A stretch of DNA of 58,666 nt from a virus (taxonomy: Duplodnaviria; Heunggongvirae; Uroviricota; Caudoviricetes): IMG/VR virus record IMGVR_UViG_3300010413_000002, positions 64,001 through 122,666 of that record. One strand, 5' to 3'. A program made the translations under genes and the position numbers. Shown piece by piece: positions 28,083-38,198 of the stretch. The stretch's first letter is position 1. Every line of letters starts with the position of its first letter. The notes beneath the pieces were generated by a model. That model was not told where the DNA came from, did not search any database, and saw only the letters and a program-made list of their open reading frames with translations.

Positions 28083-29562
28083 TTATTTTGATGCTGGTAC
28101 TTTAGAAATAGAAATAGTCAGTATTAGAAATAAAAATGGACAAGATAAAATAATTGGAAAAAAACTTATACCAAATTCTGCAAAAATAGGAATAAATTTT
28201 GGCGATATATGTTATAGTATAGAATTTACAGTTCCAAATATTACAGGATATTTTGTTCCAATGATTAACGGAGTTGAAATAAAAGTATATTTAGACGGAG
28301 AATTTCGTTGTGGTGGATATATTATTGGGCAAGAAACTAAGAAAAACTCAGTATCTTACAAAGCTATTGGATATGGTTATGAAATAACAAAAACTTTCTG
28401 TCTTCCTTTAACTGGCTATACTAAAGGAATTTCCGTTAGTACCTTTATATTACAAACAATAAGACAAAATTTAATTAAGAGAAAAAAAATAATAATTGTT
28501 AGTAATGAAACAGAAAAAAGAACAGAAGTTTATACTAGGAATGTTAGAGTAGCTTTTGTTTTGTATGATCCTAATAATCTTGGAGATGAAATAATAAATA
28601 TACAAACAGAATCTAAATATGAAGAAAATATTTTATCTTATTTAAATAATTTCATAAAACCATCTAATCTTTTTATTAGGTGTCTTGGAAATTTTGATGA
28701 TATGAAAGGTTATATAAAAGAAAATATTTTAAATAATACTATAAATAATAATATTTTATCAAACAATATATCATTAGATGATCCTAATGATTTAGGTTTA
28801 AGAGAGCAAACAGTTTTTGTTTTAGAATTATATAAACCAATAACAAAACAAACTGGAGGTTCAATTACCTTAGATTCAGATAAAAAATATGATTTTTCGA
28901 TAAAAAGTGAGGGTTATATATCTGATAATATTATAAATCAGCAACCAACTTTTAGAATTGATTATTCAAATAGATATGGATGTTATTTTGCAACTTCAAA
29001 AAACCAACCAAATATTAACACAGGCACAAACAATGCTTATGCAGAAGATCCAGTCATTAACGATGGAACTGCAACAGTAATTAAATTTGATTTAAATTTA
29101 GATATTAATAGATTACAAAGTTTATTGTATTATGAGGTTAATAAAAGAATAGCAGAAAGTTTTACATATGATTGTACGGTAATAGGTTTTAGACAGGGAT
29201 TAAATATATTTAATGTAAATAATGGTATAGAAAAAGGAAATTTAGCTTTTTGGGATATAAATCACAGTATTAAAGTTACAGACAATTCAAATGGAGTAAA
29301 AAATAATCAATTTTTAATCAAAGGATTGGTAATGAATTGGGGTAAAAGTGGAGCTACAACAAATTTAAATTTAACACTTCCAAATGCTTATACTCAAGAA
29401 AAACCACCTGCTCAATTAGAAAGCGAATATTTAGATGAAATTAAAAGAGAAGAAGAAAAAAGAAAAAATTTTGTTTTTTCTAAAAAAGAAGGATATGGAA
29501 TTTATTTGGACAGAAATATTAAAAATAAAGAAAACGTAACTTTAGAAATGTTGGGTATATAA
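28066..29562 (+). CDS. Baseplate hub (Mu gp44-like)
   Basis: Position; G...TNLNLTLPNAY C-terminal pattern. Confidence 0.65.
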   Translation: MQSKYNYFDAGTLEIEIVSIRNKNGQDKIIGKKLIPNSAKIGINFGDICYSIEFTVPNITGYFVPMINGVEIKVYLDGEFRCGGYIIGQETKKNSVSYKAIGYGYEITKTFCLPLTGYTKGISVSTFILQTIRQNLIKRKKIIIVSNETEKRTEVYTRNVRVAFVLYDPNNLGDEIINIQTESKYEENILSYLNNFIKPSNLFIRCLGNFDDMKGYIKENILNNTINNNILSNNISLDDPNDLGLREQTVFVLELYKPITKQTGGSITLDSDKKYDFSIKSEGYISDNIINQQPTFRIDYSNRYGCYFATSKNQPNINTGTNNAYAEDPVINDGTATVIKFDLNLDINRLQSLLYYEVNKRIAESFTYDCTVIGFRQGLNIFNVNNGIEKGNLAFWDINHSIKVTDNSNGVKNNQFLIKGLVMNWGKSGATTNLNLTLPNAYTQEKPPAQLESEYLDEIKREEEKRKNFVFSKKEGYGIYLDRNIKNKENVTLEMLGI

Positions 29563-29563
29563 A

Positions 29564-30211
29564 ATGTATAGAGTAAAAATTAAAGAAGTAAAAGGAACTT
29601 CTAATCCATATGAAATCATATATAGAAGATATGATACTGATAAACCAATAAGATTGCCTACTGGGCAAGTTATACAAAATGATGTTCTTAAGGGTTTAAC
29701 TTATCTATATAACGATATAGGAATTGCTACGCATCCTCAAGAAGGAGACGAAGTATTAGTTATGCCAATTAATGCAACGGAATACATAGGATTTTGTGTT
29801 GATTGGCAATCAAAACCATCAAGAGCTATAAATGAATTATGTTTAGGAAATTTTAAAACAAGTAATTTTCTTAGAATAAATAACAATTCAATAAAAGCTG
29901 AAGAAAGCGGTACTAATTATATAACTTTTATTTCTTTAATTAAACATTTAGTACAAAGCGCACTGGTTGAAATTATTTCTTCAGGAACAGCTAAACTAGA
30001 AAGCTTAGGAGATTTAACTTTAGAAAGTACAGGTGGCAAGACTTCCGTAAAAGCCTCATCTGATATAGATTTAATTACAAGTTCCAATGTAAATTTAGGT
30101 AATACAGGAGGAGTTGGAGTTGCGAGAATAGGCGATACAGTTGATTTAGTTCCAGCGAGTCCAACTTATGGACAAATAATAACAGGAAGTTCAAACGTTA
30201 AAAGTATATAA
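29564..30211 (+). CDS. Baseplate central spike (Mu gp45-like)
   Basis: GIATHPQEGDEVL, GVARIGDTV. Confidence 0.7.
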   Translation: MYRVKIKEVKGTSNPYEIIYRRYDTDKPIRLPTGQVIQNDVLKGLTYLYNDIGIATHPQEGDEVLVMPINATEYIGFCVDWQSKPSRAINELCLGNFKTSNFLRINNNSIKAEESGTNYITFISLIKHLVQSALVEIISSGTAKLESLGDLTLESTGGKTSVKASSDIDLITSSNVNLGNTGGVGVARIGDTVDLVPASPTYGQIITGSSNVKSI

Positions 30212-30645
30212 TGGATAGCAATAATAAAATTATGGACTTAAAGCTAGAATTAAACAACAATGGAATATTTGATTTTGTTTTAGAAAATGGAGGTATTGCT
30301 TTTGATTATAGCATTAATACTTTGATTAATGATCTTATTTTTACAAATCGTTTAGATTTAGATTATCCATTAGGACATAAAGAAGGGTGGAAGGGCGGAG
30401 AAAGATATAGTTATGTTTGGAAATATAAACATCATTCAGCAACAGAAGATACAGCCTTGGGTTTAAAAGATGCTATAAGAAATGCTTTACAACCACTAAT
30501 CGATAATGAAATATGTAGCAATATTACAGTTGATAGTACCATATCATCAAAAGTAATAAATATAACTATTACATATTCAGATATAAAAGGAAATGAAACT
30601 GGAAAATATTATGTAGCATTTAAACTTTCAAGTACAGGTAATTAA
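30211..30645 (+). CDS. Baseplate wedge (Mu gp46-like)
   Basis: LIFTNR...GWKG...IRNALQPLID. Confidence 0.75.
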   Translation: MDSNNKIMDLKLELNNNGIFDFVLENGGIAFDYSINTLINDLIFTNRLDLDYPLGHKEGWKGGERYSYVWKYKHHSATEDTALGLKDAIRNALQPLIDNEICSNITVDSTISSKVINITITYSDIKGNETGKYYVAFKLSSTGN

Positions 30646-32009
30646 TGGCAATAAATTATACAGATTTAGAAACAACACAATCAGATGTAGATTTTTTAGT
30701 AAAGCAATATTTAGCTGATAATAGTATAAATATAGATTATAATACGGCTGAAGGAAAAGTTCCTCAAGCTTGGAATTTTGCTATATCTAATGCTGTATGG
30801 CAATTATATAGACAATTAATAGACATAATTCAACCTCAAATGTTTCCTCAAACAGCAAGCCAAGATTATCTTGAAGCTTATCATGGAAACGAATATTCGG
30901 TAAGTAGAAGAACTTCTACTGAAGCTAGAGGAGATGTTATTTTTGAAGGAGTATCTGGAACGACAGTTCCATTAGCTACTCAAATTATTGTCAATGAAGC
31001 AACATATGAAACCACAGAAGTAAAAATTATATCAACGCTTGTAGTTGATGTAACTAGCATTGTTGTTGCAGGAGGAATTGCAACGGTTACCTTAGATCAA
31101 AATATTGATATGGGTAGCGGTATGCACGTTTCTATATTAGGTGCTACACCATCTGAATTAAACGTAGTTGATGAGGCAATAAATGTAACCTTAAATAACA
31201 CATTTACTTTTACTACAACAGCAGCTCCAGGAACAGCAACAGGAACTATTACTGCAACTTTTGTTTATGCTTCAATAGAAGTTATTTCTACTGGAACTGG
31301 TTCTGGTTATAATTTAGATAACAATACCACTTTAACTTTAGTAAGCTCTGTTACGGATATAGAAGATGATTGTTATGTTGAATATAATGGAATAATAAAT
31401 GGAACGAATATCGAAACTGATGAAAATTATAGAGCTAGAATTTTAGATATAACACAAAATATACCACAAGGATTTAATGCTTCAAATATAGAAGTTGAAA
31501 TAAAATCTTTTGATAATGATAAATATGCTGATGCTAAAGTTTTTACTCCAAGAGCAGAAAGAACAGATGGGGTAGTAGAAGGTGGTTATACAACTATATA
31601 TTTTTTAAAAGCGAATAATGAAATTCCAACTTCTGGAGAGTTAACAGAAATAAAAAATCAATTATTAGATACAATATATCAAGCATATTCTTTAGAAAGT
31701 AAATTAAATGTAGTTGCACCTTCTCAAAAATTAGTTGCTGTACAAATACAATTAGATTCAGCTTATAATACACTTACAATGCAAGAGGCAGTCAATAGTT
31801 CTGTCCAAGAGTTTTTTTTAGATGACTCAACAGCTTATTTTAGAACTGATGTTTTGATTGAAGCTTTAAAGCAAAAAATAAGAGCCACATATGATAGTAA
31901 TGGTGAATTTTTAGAGGATAATTATACTTTAGTAGCTCCATCGTCAGATGTAACTTTAGCTTATAATGAATTTCCATTTTTAAGCGGAGGTGCTGTTGTC
32001 TTTATATAA
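30645..32009 (+). CDS. Baseplate J-like protein (Mu gp47-like)
   Basis: FPQTASQDYLE, GTGSGYN, ETDENYRARIL. Confidence 0.85.
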   Translation: MAINYTDLETTQSDVDFLVKQYLADNSINIDYNTAEGKVPQAWNFAISNAVWQLYRQLIDIIQPQMFPQTASQDYLEAYHGNEYSVSRRTSTEARGDVIFEGVSGTTVPLATQIIVNEATYETTEVKIISTLVVDVTSIVVAGGIATVTLDQNIDMGSGMHVSILGATPSELNVVDEAINVTLNNTFTFTTTAAPGTATGTITATFVYASIEVISTGTGSGYNLDNNTTLTLVSSVTDIEDDCYVEYNGIINGTNIETDENYRARILDITQNIPQGFNASNIEVEIKSFDNDKYADAKVFTPRAERTDGVVEGGYTTIYFLKANNEIPTSGELTEIKNQLLDTIYQAYSLESKLNVVAPSQKLVAVQIQLDSAYNTLTMQEAVNSSVQEFFLDDSTAYFRTDVLIEALKQKIRATYDSNGEFLEDNYTLVAPSSDVTLAYNEFPFLSGGAVVFI

Positions 32010-32619
32010 CAATAAAACACAAGAAGAATGTAGGAGAATATTTAGTCTTAATTTACCAAAAGGTTTAGCATATGAAGCTTCTGGCATAGAAGGCACAAAT
32101 ATGTATTATTTTGCTAAAGCTTATGGATTAATTTTGGCTAATTTTGATCAATGGCTTTCAGAAAAAATAGAGAGTTTAAAAATAACTGAGAATTCCGATT
32201 GGTTAGATTATTATTGGGATAAGTATGGAATAGGTAAGTATATATCTAAACCATCATCTGCTTCAAGACAAGTTGAAATAATTAAAGCTTTTGCTTATGC
32301 AAGAAGAGGATTGTTTACTTTAAAACAATTTCAGGATTTTTTTTTAGCTGTATTTGGAATTGAAATAGAAATAGAATTAGCTAGTGCAGCTTCATTTTCT
32401 TTTGAATATGAATTTCCATTGGTTTTTTATGGTGAAACAGATATTAATTGGACAATTGTAGTAAGAATTAAACCTGCTGATATTTTAGATCCAGGATTTA
32501 ATAATTATGAATTTGAACAATTATTCTATGAAGGAGATACAAGAAGAGATGCAATTATAGCTTTAATTGAAGAAATAGTAGATATAAATTTTAGGATTGT
32601 TTATGAAGATTTGATATAG
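31990..32619 (+). CDS. Baseplate protein (Mu gp48-like)
   Basis: LNLPKGLA motif and position after J. Confidence 0.7.
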   Translation: MLLSLYNNKTQEECRRIFSLNLPKGLAYEASGIEGTNMYYFAKAYGLILANFDQWLSEKIESLKITENSDWLDYYWDKYGIGKYISKPSSASRQVEIIKAFAYARRGLFTLKQFQDFFLAVFGIEIEIELASAASFSFEYEFPLVFYGETDINWTIVVRIKPADILDPGFNNYEFEQLFYEGDTRRDAIIALIEEIVDINFRIVYEDLI

Positions 32620-32677
32620 ACTTCCCTAAAACTTAATAATTATAGATAATTTTAAAAACAACTAAGTGAGATAATAA

Positions 32678-34219
32678 ATGTTAATAACAGCTATACCAAA
32701 ATCGGTAGCCGTTGGTACTCCAACAGATTCAAATAGATGGTTAGCAAGTGAAGCTAATCAAGTTATAGATGAATTACAAAATGTATTAGATGATACTGGA
32801 CAAACAAAATCATCTTCTGATTTATATCAATTATCAAAAGGTATTGCTAGATATGTATTTGGAAATACTTTAGCTGAAGATAGTGGTTCTTCTACTCATA
32901 GCGGAAGCGCTGATAGTTATGTTGTATTAAGAGATGGAGGAGATTCTAAGAAAATTCCAGCAACTTTATTAAGAGGAATTATCCCAATAAAAATAGTAAA
33001 TGCAAACCAAAGTAATGATGTTGCTTTACAAATCGGAACAACAGCTTCAAAAGATTGGAAAAAATTTGATATGGCTGGAAATCTAACTGAAATAGCGGTT
33101 GGAGAATTAAGAGCAAATGATATAGTTTATGCTCAATACGATACCGATGTTGGAGTTTATATTTTAAAGAAAGTTTTATCCGATGATGAAGTAAAAAATA
33201 TAGTTGGCAAATTTAATATATTAAATTTTTTAGATTTTACAACTTCAGCACCAACAAGTGGTGGCACTATCGGAGATAGATATATAAATACTACAAGCGG
33301 AACTATTTCTGCTGGAAATGTAGGTGCTAGTGGAACAACTGTAACTTTAGATAAAATTTATGAACTATATGATATTACAGCTGGATATAATTGGAGAGAA
33401 ATAGATCCACAAGATGGTGATTTTGTTTTTAATGATAATGATAAAAATAATTATATAAGAACTAGTAGTTCTTGGAATAGAAATTATTTTAATGCTAATA
33501 AATATTCAATAAGTGGATTCGTTCCAGTTAGCGGTACTACTTCAGATGAACAAGTAACCGTTTCAACTGGAATATGTCTTTGTGAAGATGGTTCAACAAC
33601 ATTAGAATTAACTTCAACTGCTACAGATATAGATTTTCCAACATTAAATGGTGGGGCTTTATCCGTTAGTACAACTTATCATTTATTTGCCTATAAAAAA
33701 AATGATAATACCTTAGGTTGGCATTTAGATACTACCTTGTCACCTACAATAAGCAGTATTAAAAGTGTTGGTGCTTATAGACGTATTGATAGTAATAAAA
33801 CTGATAGTAGTGGAGATTTATTAAAATTTTATTCAGTTCAAAGAGGACATAGTATTATTAAACGACTTGATTTAGTTGTTAATGAATACAATTCAGCTCC
33901 AACAACAACAAGGACTACAACAACATTTTCTTCAATTCCAGTAGGTTTTAAGGTTTTGGTTAAGTTAGGTGTAGCAATTGTTTCTACTGGTACGGTTCAA
34001 GGTGAATATAGAATATGTGACCCTGATACTCAAGATGTTGCAACAACTGCAATTAATTCAACTTTTGCAAATGGAGAAGCTGGAGATTCAAGTGATGGAG
34101 GTTCTCAACACGAAGTATTAAGCAACACGTCCGGTCAACTTGCACATAGAGCTAATTCTGCAACAGGTAATTTATATTTGAATTGTATAGGTTATGAAGA
34201 TTTTAGAAATTATTTTTAG
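32678..34219 (+). CDS. Tail fibre
   Basis: Mu-type N-terminal NQVIDELQNVL...QL; Ser/Thr-rich beta body. Confidence 0.8.
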   Translation: MLITAIPKSVAVGTPTDSNRWLASEANQVIDELQNVLDDTGQTKSSSDLYQLSKGIARYVFGNTLAEDSGSSTHSGSADSYVVLRDGGDSKKIPATLLRGIIPIKIVNANQSNDVALQIGTTASKDWKKFDMAGNLTEIAVGELRANDIVYAQYDTDVGVYILKKVLSDDEVKNIVGKFNILNFLDFTTSAPTSGGTIGDRYINTTSGTISAGNVGASGTTVTLDKIYELYDITAGYNWREIDPQDGDFVFNDNDKNNYIRTSSSWNRNYFNANKYSISGFVPVSGTTSDEQVTVSTGICLCEDGSTTLELTSTATDIDFPTLNGGALSVSTTYHLFAYKKNDNTLGWHLDTTLSPTISSIKSVGAYRRIDSNKTDSSGDLLKFYSVQRGHSIIKRLDLVVNEYNSAPTTTRTTTTFSSIPVGFKVLVKLGVAIVSTGTVQGEYRICDPDTQDVATTAINSTFANGEAGDSSDGGSQHEVLSNTSGQLAHRANSATGNLYLNCIGYEDFRNYF

Positions 34220-34228
34220 AGGTTAATT

Positions 34229-34534
34229 ATGATATATTTAAAAAATAAAAAAACTGGACAAATCGGAAAATTTTCTTGCTTTCAAGGAGAAAAATGGGAA
34301 AAAGCTACAAAAGATGAAATTAAAAATTTTGAATTAGAACAAGAGAAACCTAAACTAATCAATAAAAGAATATCTTATTTAAAATCTACTGATTGGTACA
34401 TAATACGGGAACTTGAAGGTAATAAAAAGTGTCCAAAAGAAATTTCTAAAAAAAGAAAAAAAACAAGAGAAGAGATTAACGAAATTGAAAAAACAACCAA
34501 AAAAGAAGACCTAAAACAATACGAAAACTTCTAG
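34229..34534 (+). CDS. Tail fibre assembly chaperone-like
   Basis: YLKSTDWYIIRELE...KRKKTREEI. Confidence 0.6.
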   Translation: MIYLKNKKTGQIGKFSCFQGEKWEKATKDEIKNFELEQEKPKLINKRISYLKSTDWYIIRELEGNKKCPKEISKKRKKTREEINEIEKTTKKEDLKQYENF

Positions 34535-34590
34535 GACTTCCGTAAACTTTTAAAGTGTGAATATAATATTTTAAACTAAACAACTAAATA

Positions 34591-35724
34591 ATGAGAGAAA
34601 ATAAAACACTTGATTTCAAGTTTGAAATCAAACAATTAAGTGAAGATGGTACTATAGAAGGATATGGTGCAATATTTGGCAACAGAGATAGACATAATGA
34701 TCTTATAGAAAGAGGCTCTTTTACTAATACTCTTTTAGAAAGTGATCCTAAAAAAATAAAAATGCTTTGGCAACACGATTCTAGTGAGCCAATTGGGTTT
34801 TGGAACGAAATAAAAGAAGATGAAAGAGGTCTTTATTGTAAAGGTCAATTGCTTTTAGAATTAACAAAAGCAAAAGAAGTTTACAAAATGCTTAAATCAG
34901 GTATAGTTGATGGATTATCTATAGGATATGACACAATAAAATGCAGATATGAAGAAGACGAAGACGGAGATCGGATAAGAACAATTAGCGAAATTTATCT
35001 TTGGGAAATTTCTGTTGTAACTTTTCCAGCAAATCCTATAGCTAATATTACAAGTATTAAATCTGTTAGTCCTTCAATGGATTTGCCAATAGCTTTAAGA
35101 GATAGAATTTGGAGCAAAACAGAAGCTGTTGGAAGGATAAGAGCTTATACAGATTCTGTAGATAGTCCAAGTACTTCTTATAAGAAATACTTTATGTATT
35201 ATGATGCAGAAAATAAAGAAAATTTTGGAGCATACAAACTTCCTTTTGTAGATATAATTAATGGAAGACCATATATAGTTCCAAGAGCTGTGTTTGCTAT
35301 AGCAGGAGGAAGAGGGGTCGTTAATGCTGATATTCCAGCGAATGAAAAAGAAATAATCAAAGGAAAAGTTAATTCTTTATATGCAAGATTTAGAAAAGAG
35401 TTTGATGATGATACAATAGTAAGTCCTTTTGAAGATAAAAAATCAATTATAGAAAATTGGGAATTAAAAGAATTTGATAAATTTTTAAAAAATTCTTCAT
35501 TATCAAATAGTGAAATAAAAATATTCAGAAAAAGATATTTAGAACTTCATAACACAAAAACTGAAGAAAAAATAAAAACAAAGTCTCCAGCGGAGATCGA
35601 AGGTGATAAAAATAAAATGTCTCCAGAGGGGGCGACAACAACTAAAAAAGAAGAATCTCCTGAGGAGAAATTAAAGAAATCTCAACAAGAGATTTTAAAA
35701 GTTTTACAAAAATATATAAATTAA
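34591..35724 (+). CDS. Prohead protease, HK97 family, with C-terminal extra domain
   Basis: MLWQHD, GLSIGY, LWEISVVTFPANP. Confidence 0.92.
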   Translation: MRENKTLDFKFEIKQLSEDGTIEGYGAIFGNRDRHNDLIERGSFTNTLLESDPKKIKMLWQHDSSEPIGFWNEIKEDERGLYCKGQLLLELTKAKEVYKMLKSGIVDGLSIGYDTIKCRYEEDEDGDRIRTISEIYLWEISVVTFPANPIANITSIKSVSPSMDLPIALRDRIWSKTEAVGRIRAYTDSVDSPSTSYKKYFMYYDAENKENFGAYKLPFVDIINGRPYIVPRAVFAIAGGRGVVNADIPANEKEIIKGKVNSLYARFRKEFDDDTIVSPFEDKKSIIENWELKEFDKFLKNSSLSNSEIKIFRKRYLELHNTKTEEKIKTKSPAEIEGDKNKMSPEGATTTKKEESPEEKLKKSQQEILKVLQKYIN

Positions 35725-35736
35725 CAGGTTATTAAA

Positions 35737-37134
35737 ATGGAAGCAAAAAAAATTGAAGAAATTTTGACAAAAGTAGAAGAGCAAAAAAAAGCTGATACTG
35801 CTAGAATTGAAGAAATTTCAACTAAGTTTGATGGAGCTATAAATGAGTTAAAAACTAAATTAGAAACGACAGAGAACGAACATAAAGCTACTAAAGAAGA
35901 TTTAGAATCTGCAAAAGTTGAGCTTAATGAATATAAAACAGCTTTAGAGAATGAAAAAAAAGCAAATGCAGCTATATTTGCAAAAGCAGAAGAACAAAAA
36001 AATAACAATAAAGAAAAAATTGTTGTTGATTATGAAAAAGCTTTCGCTGAAGCATTAAGAACTAAATCTAAAATAGATGAAAAGATTTTTGAAAAAGCAG
36101 TTGATCTTTATGTTAAAACAAAAATGGGAAATACAGCTAATGAGAACGATGTTAACAAAGTTAAAAGCGAAATTTTATCTGATGCAAAAGTTGTAGAAGC
36201 TCCTTTGTTAGAGTTAAAAACTTTAAGAGAAGGTGTTAGTCCAGATGGTGGATATATTGCTAAAAGACCAGAGTTAGGCGGAGTTCAAGTTAGAGAATTC
36301 GCTTCTTTAAACTTTAGAAATCTTGCATTTACTCAAAATATTAGTTCTGATAGCATAGACTTTCCAATTGATGATGGATTATTTGCTGCTACACATTACG
36401 GCGAAGAATCAACAAGAAGTACAACAGATACTTCTCAAATTGGTAAAGTTTCTATTAAAGCTGGAGAGCTTTGGGCAGAACCAGTTGTCACTTTAAAAAT
36501 GATTGAAGACTCAGCTATAAACATAACAGCTTGGATTTCAAACAAAACTACTCAAAAATTTGAGTTGCTTGAAGAAGAAGACTTCATGGTTGGAACTGGA
36601 TTAAACGATAGAGCTAAAGGATTATTTACTTATGATGCTTGGAGTAATTCAACAGTTTATGAAAGAAATAAGTTAGCTACTTTAACAATTACAGCCTATA
36701 CAGAATTAGCAGATGCTATAATTGATTTATATGAAATATTACCAAATAGAGCTAAAGCAAATGCTGTTTACTTAATGCACCCAACAACTTGGAGAGCAAT
36801 TTTAAGATTAAAAGATGGTATTTCAAGATATTTGTTAAATGCAAATATGCTTGCAGCAGGTTATGGTAAGACATTATATGGAAGACCAGTAGTTCTTTCT
36901 GATTATATTGCCCCAATGTTTACAATAAGTGGTTCTACAGTAACACCAATTAGTGGTGCTAAAGGTATTGCTTGTGGTGATATGAGAGAGACTTATGCTA
37001 TCGTAGATAGAATTGGTTTAACAAGATTAACAGATCCTTATACACAAAAAGGTTTTGTTAAATATGCTTCAAGAAAGAGGGTTGGTGGAGGAGTTAAAAA
37101 CTTCCAAACTTGTAAATTCTTAGCAATAGCTTAA
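35737..37134 (+). CDS. Major capsid protein, HK97 fold
   Basis: Coiled-coil delta domain, DGGY, LKDGISRYL, LYGRPV, RVGGGV. Confidence 0.93.
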   Translation: MEAKKIEEILTKVEEQKKADTARIEEISTKFDGAINELKTKLETTENEHKATKEDLESAKVELNEYKTALENEKKANAAIFAKAEEQKNNNKEKIVVDYEKAFAEALRTKSKIDEKIFEKAVDLYVKTKMGNTANENDVNKVKSEILSDAKVVEAPLLELKTLREGVSPDGGYIAKRPELGGVQVREFASLNFRNLAFTQNISSDSIDFPIDDGLFAATHYGEESTRSTTDTSQIGKVSIKAGELWAEPVVTLKMIEDSAINITAWISNKTTQKFELLEEEDFMVGTGLNDRAKGLFTYDAWSNSTVYERNKLATLTITAYTELADAIIDLYEILPNRAKANAVYLMHPTTWRAILRLKDGISRYLLNANMLAAGYGKTLYGRPVVLSDYIAPMFTISGSTVTPISGAKGIACGDMRETYAIVDRIGLTRLTDPYTQKGFVKYASRKRVGGGVKNFQTCKFLAIA

Positions 37135-37140
37135 TTAATC

Positions 37141-37165
37141 GCAAGACTATATTTAGTAGTCTTGC
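37141..37165 (+). terminator. Hairpin after capsid gene
   Basis: GCAAGACTA...TAGTCTTGC; no clear U-tract. Confidence 0.5.
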
Positions 37166-37194
37166 ATATATAAAATAAAAAAAGGGAAAATACA

Positions 37195-37653
37195 ATGCCT
37201 ATGGATATATTAAACGATACAGGTGCAGTTAAAGCATTTAACGAACAAACAATAAGCTCTGATACTACAACAAATGGTAACATAATAGACACAGAAGTAT
37301 TTCGTGGCGATATTATGGTTTTATTCAGTGGTCAATTTACCGCTGGTGATTTAACACCTTTGATTGAAGAGTCTTCTAGTTCAAGCTTTACTACATCAAA
37401 TCAAGTTGCAGATGCTGCAATTAAACCATTTATTTTAAGTGGTACAAAATATGAAACAGGACAAGAAGCAGCAGCTATAATTGACGGAACTCCTGCATTT
37501 AACAGATTAGGTTTAAAGAAAGATCAGCTAAAAAGATACATAAGGTTATCTTTAGTTTCTGCTAACTCTGCAAACGTAATTGCAAGTGGTTGGATGATTC
37601 AAGAAGCTTTAGTAAAATCTTCTCAAGGAACTGTAACTGATACACTTGATTAA
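37195..37653 (+). CDS. Probable head decoration/cement protein
   Basis: GNIIDT, KRYIRL pattern directly after MCP. Confidence 0.55.
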   Translation: MPMDILNDTGAVKAFNEQTISSDTTTNGNIIDTEVFRGDIMVLFSGQFTAGDLTPLIEESSSSSFTTSNQVADAAIKPFILSGTKYETGQEAAAIIDGTPAFNRLGLKKDQLKRYIRLSLVSANSANVIASGWMIQEALVKSSQGTVTDTLD

Positions 37654-37662
37654 AAAAACTTA

Positions 37663-37689
37663 TAACGGAGTGCAGTTAGCACTTCGTTA
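37663..37689 (+). terminator. Hairpin
   Basis: TAACGGAGTGC-agtta-GCACTTCGTTA. Confidence 0.55.
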
Positions 37690-37706
37690 AATAATTAAAA
37701 ATTTAA

Positions 37707-38192
37707 ATGAAAGTTAAAATAAAAATTGATTGTCTTGGTTCTGAAAACGGATACCAAATAAAAAGATTTAAAACTGGAATGGAATATGATATTACTAATA
37801 AATTGGCTAATAGCTTAATTAAAAGAGGGCAAGCAGTTATTGTAAATCCTAAAATTGAAGAAGTTGAAGAAGAAATAAATGCTCCTAAGGAAGAAGAAGT
37901 TATTGAACAAGTAAAAAACATAATAATTCCTGAAAAAGAAATAATTAAAGAAGTTGAAGAAGAAAAACCAATAGAAAAAGTTATAATTAAAAAAATTATA
38001 AAAAAAGAAAAAAAAAGAGAAAATAAAAAAAAAGTAAAAAAAGATGATAGAAAAATTTCTAAAAAAAAAAGTGAGGAAAAAGAAGAAAAAGAAATTGAAA
38101 AAAAAATGCTTAGTTCCTACGAAAACAAAGCAATTAAATCTTCTTCAGAAAACAAAGGAAAAGTTATTAAAAAAATTAAAATTAAGAGGTAA
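37707..38192 (+). CDS. Lys/Glu-rich protein
   Basis: Short folded N-terminus and low-complexity tail. Confidence 0.55.
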   Translation: MKVKIKIDCLGSENGYQIKRFKTGMEYDITNKLANSLIKRGQAVIVNPKIEEVEEEINAPKEEEVIEQVKNIIIPEKEIIKEVEEEKPIEKVIIKKIIKKEKKRENKKKVKKDDRKISKKKSEEKEEKEIEKKMLSSYENKAIKSSSENKGKVIKKIKIKR

Positions 38193-38198
38193 AAAATA

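Noticed and set aside
37900-38190. Lys-rich low-complexity stretch as a repeat element
   Set aside because: No regular period; explained by poly-A codon bias in a coding tail.
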